Origin: Alphaproteobacteria bacterium
GTDB lineage: Bacteria > Pseudomonadota > Alphaproteobacteria > MPNO01 > UBA830
DNA length: 64,000 nucleotides
Assembly (NCBI GenBank): GCA_964291215.2
Contig: OZ219791.1
Location: forward strand, 3,264,001 to 3,328,000
Reading direction: 5' to 3'
Under the pieces are notes generated by a model. The model saw only the letters and a list, made by a program, of their open reading frames with translations. It was not told where the DNA came from and made no database searches. This document shows positions 61,223 through 64,000 of the stretch, in pieces. The translations under genes and the position numbers were made by a program. Position 1 is the stretch's first letter, and the number at the start of each line of letters is the position of its first letter.

Positions 61223-61906
61223 ATGTCCGAACATTTCATCGCACAACAGGGAGAAATGACGATGACGAAAAACCGGAGAACGGAATCGGCAACAGAAGGG
61301 ATCTGCGGGACCGCGGCTGTGCCGAAGACCGGAGACCCGGCCGCCGGTCGCGACGGCGCGAATACGCCGGAAGCGCAGCTTCGCGGCCACGATGCCGACC
61401 CAAAGGCGGGCGGCGCCGCCTTCGCGCCCGGGCAGGCTGTCGACAACATGACGGTTCAGCGCAAGGCCATGGAGGAGATCCAGGAAACCCTGCAAGGCCT
61501 CGTTGAGGCTGTCGAGGCAACAGGACGGCTGATGAGCTTCCTTGGCGGTAGGGGGAAGCCGACGGCGGAGGGCGATTCCGCAGATGATCCGCTTGAGAAG
61601 GCTGCGCAGCGGATCGAGGAACAGGTGCGCGTATACACCGCCGACTTTCACAGGTGGCAGGAGATCAACCGGCGGGTTCCGGCAAGGCTCCGGGCGGCGT
61701 TTGCCGCGGTCTCATTTGTCGCGGTGTTCTCCCTTGGCGTTCTGGTCGAACAGCGCTGGCAGCCGATTCCGGTCCAGGACGACACCGGCGGGTGGAAGAA
61801 TCATGTCTGGCAACACTATGGCCGGCAGGTTGCCGACTGCTACCGGGGCATCGGAGAGAAGGCTGCCGACGGGTCGTGCGTGGTCATCGTGCGGCAGAAG
61901 CGGTAG
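61223..61906 (+). CDS. Hypothetical membrane-anchored protein between the coupling protein and the relaxase
   Basis: Helical central region, one TM (AAFAAVSFVAVFSLGVLV), C-terminal W..HVW..YG..C..C. Start uncertain (61223 or 61256, the latter after GGGAG). Confidence 0.6.
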   Translation: MSEHFIAQQGEMTMTKNRRTESATEGICGTAAVPKTGDPAAGRDGANTPEAQLRGHDADPKAGGAAFAPGQAVDNMTVQRKAMEEIQETLQGLVEAVEATGRLMSFLGGRGKPTAEGDSADDPLEKAAQRIEEQVRVYTADFHRWQEINRRVPARLRAAFAAVSFVAVFSLGVLVEQRWQPIPVQDDTGGWKNHVWQHYGRQVADCYRGIGEKAADGSCVVIVRQKR

Positions 61907-62042
61907 CCGGGAGGCGAATCGATGGCCCGCGCAGCAGCCGGATCGGCCCCTCTTCTGCCGGACAAGGCGTTCCGCCACGGTCGGCAGCACTCGCTGCCGC
62001 CGGATCGGGGCGTCCGGTCGCCGCAAGGACTGGTTGTCTGAC

Positions 62043-64000
62043 ATGGTTGCGACGTACGGAAGATCGGGTGGGCCGCAATACTATCTGGACAGTCAGCAGA
62101 CGCTCCACGGGCCCCGGCACGGCGCGGACGGATCTCGGGAGGCTCAGGGGGCTTGGTGGAACCCCGGCGGCATGTTCAGCCTGCCCGACGGAGATCCGGT
62201 CGAGCCCGAGGCTTTCCGCAATCTTCATCGCGGCCGTTCTCCGGACGGCCTGACGGGCCTTGCGCGGAGATTCCGCGGCCAGCGCCGTGGCGGCACCGAT
62301 CTGGTGTTCGCTGCCGACAAGTCGGTTTCCGCCCTGTGGGCGCTGGCCGATCCGGCGATGGGCCGGCAAATCGAAGAGGCGCACGACGCGGCCGTTCGCG
62401 TGGCGCTCGACGAGATTGTCGCGAAGCGTGCGAGCTGGGCGGTGAGTAGGCGCAACGGCGGACGCGAGTTTGGCGCCGCGAAGGTCCTGGGAGCCACGTT
62501 CCGGCATGGATGCAGCCGACAAGGAGACCCGCACCTTCACACTCACGGCGTGATTTTCAATCTCGCGTGGTCCTTCGATGACGGAATCTGTCGATCCTTG
62601 GAATCCCGGCCGCTCCATAGCTGGATGAAGGCTGCCGCATCGGTCTATCGGCACGCGTTGGCTTGGGGCCTCGGTGAGCGACTCGGGATCCGGTGCGAGC
62701 GGTATGGCCGCAACGGCGCCTATGCGCGCGTTGCCGGGATGCCTTTCGGACTTGTGCGTGACTGGTCGAAACGCATGCGGGCCATGAGGGCGGCGATGGA
62801 GGACGCGGGGATGCGGGCGCGCGGCGCGTCGCCGTCGCAGATCGAGGCGATTGCACGGAAGACCCGCGACGGGAGAGCCGAGCCGCATCCGGCGCTCGAG
62901 AACCTGGTTCCGGTTTGGATGCGCGAGCAGAGAGCCCATGTCGCCGACCCGGCCCGCCTGATCGCATCCCTGCCCGAGCCCGACCGGTCCGACGCCCGGT
63001 TCCGCGAGATTCTCCATAACCTCGAACACCTGCCCGAAAAGCTTGTGGCCGGCCGTTTCGTTTTCTCCTACCCATTGGTAGTCGAAGAAGTCTGCAATGC
63101 AACGGCCGGCTACATGGACTGGTCGTCCGCCGAGACCTGGACGGCGAATATCGTTTCCCGCCCCGAGGTTGTGCGCGTCGACGATCCGGAAAGGTCCCCC
63201 GCTGCGCGGGCCGGGCAGGAAGGCCTGCAGATCTACAGGCTGAGGGCAACACCGGGCCTTGAGGAGGAGGTGAGGCAGGCGGTGCGGGAGCTGAACGCGG
63301 ACGGGCGCTTCCATGTGCCGCGGCCGGATGTCGAGGACAGGATTGGGGCGCTCCTGGAGGCCGGATACCCGCTCGACGATGATCACATCGCGGCGATCCG
63401 GCGCTGTACGTCTTCGAGCCGTGTAGCGGCAATCGAGTTCGCGCCAGCGATGGACCGAAGCCTGGTGCTGCGTCCGGTCAGGGATCTCTATCGGGAACAT
63501 GGCTATCAGGTGATCGGCACCGCATCCACCTTGCGTGCGGCCGCGGAACTTTACAATGAGAGCGGTATCGCCGCCGTGCAGGTTGGGCGGTTTCTGCGGA
63601 TGGGCAGAAACGGCGCCATCGACAAGGACCGCCCCCTGGTTCTGGCGGTTGCCGACGCGGGCATTCTTGACGCGCGGGAAATCGGGATTCTTCTCGAGTT
63701 CTCGGAGCGACATCTCGCCAAGATCCTCCTGGTTGCGACTTCGGGTCAGCGGCCGAGGCTCGCCGTCTCCCCCGCGTTCGATCTCGTCACCGCCGCTGCC
63801 GGCCAGCAGCATGTCGGTGCAGCCACGCACTGGCGCACCGACGCGGGCCGGACATGGAGGCGAACGGCCGATGGCGCCGGCCGGGGCGGAGAGGTTGCAG
63901 AGGGGTTGCCCCGGGTCACGATTCTGCCTGATGTCGCGGTCGCGGGACAACTGGCGCAAACTCCGTCCGCCCGTGTGCGCCTCTGCGCGGGTCTCGGTGA
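62043..64000 (+). CDS. MOB-F (TrwC-like) relaxase with degenerate helicase domain, runs off the window (not in ORF track)
   Basis: Manual translation MVATYGRSGGPQYYL..WWNP..DLVFAADKSVSALW..HGCSRQGDPHLHTH..WSKR. No stop found in the segments translated, and absence from the ORF track is consistent with an open frame to the edge. Confidence 0.88.
   Translation, partial: MVATYGRSGGPQYYLDSQQTLHGPRHGADGSREAQGAWWNPGGMFSLPDGDPVEPEAFRNLHRGRSPDGLTGLARRFRGQRRGGTDLVFAADKSVSALWALADPAMGRQIEEAHDAAVRVALDEIVAKRASWAVSRRNGGREFGAAKVLGATFRHGCSRQGDPHLHTHGVIFNLAWSFDDGICRSLESRPLHSWMKAAASVYRHALAWGLGERLGIRCERYGRNGAYARVAGMPFGLVRDWSKRMRAMRAAMEDAGMRARGASPSQIEAIARKTRDGRAEPHPALENLVPVWMREQRAHVADPARLIASLPEPDRSDARFREILHNLEHLPEKLVAGRFVFSYPLVVEEVCNATAGYMDWSSAETWTANIVSRPEVVRVDDPERSPAARAGQEGLQIYRLRATPGLEEEVRQAVRELNADGRFHVPRPDVEDRIGALLEAGYPLDDDHIAAIRRCTSSSRVAAIEFAPAMDRSLVLRPVRDLYREHGYQVIGTASTLRAAAELYNESGIAAVQVGRFLRMGRNGAIDKDRPLVLAVADAGILDAREIGILLEFSERHLAKILLVATSGQRPRLAVSPAFDLVTAAAGQQHVGAATHWRTDAGRTWRRTADGAGRGGEVAEGLPRVTILPDVAVAGQLAQTPSARVRLCAGLG

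Noticed and set aside
59764-61449. 561-aa minus-strand ORF
   Set aside because: Shadow of the VirD4-like gene.
61884-63959. 691-aa minus-strand ORF in the ORF track
   Set aside because: Antisense shadow; the real gene is the plus-strand relaxase from 62043, missed by the track because it has no stop in the window.

Overview
GC-rich alphaproteobacterial chromosome segment. Rhodospirillales-like placement is inferred from gene order and from GTTC-N7-GTTC LexA boxes. Intact housekeeping blocks: lpxI-lpxB-gloA, gltA-gltX-lexA-moeA-moaC-trpC-trpD, dapF-mtaB-ftsY, a branched-chain amino acid ABC operon, thrH-ispG-nfu, djlA-cutA, metY, rplM-rpsI, argC, and infA-maf-rng-yacG. An RTX protein with a T1SS ABC/MFP pair sits at 24.3-29.9 kb. 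Three nested mobile-element clusters interrupt these blocks (13.8-18.7, 30.3-35.6 and 50.5-57.7 kb), and a VirD4 + MOB-F relaxase module runs off the right edge. Main observations: (1) copies of IS66, IS256, IS30, ISAs1 and a group II intron are riddled with short deletions (mostly 5-7 nt where copies can be aligned) but differ by few substitutions, while host genes are intact; (2) an intact 2.85-kb IS1595 element with 25-bp IRs and an 8-bp TSD carries a Panacea/SocA (DUF4065)-like antitoxin plus an overlapping two-TM ORF; (3) an IS66 family carries a DNA adenine methyltransferase fragment inside its left end; (4) a strong LexA box precedes the virD4-relaxase module, and the relaxase helicase motifs are degenerate. 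No tRNA, rRNA or CRISPR array was seen. All family assignments come from motif recognition by eye; no searches were run.
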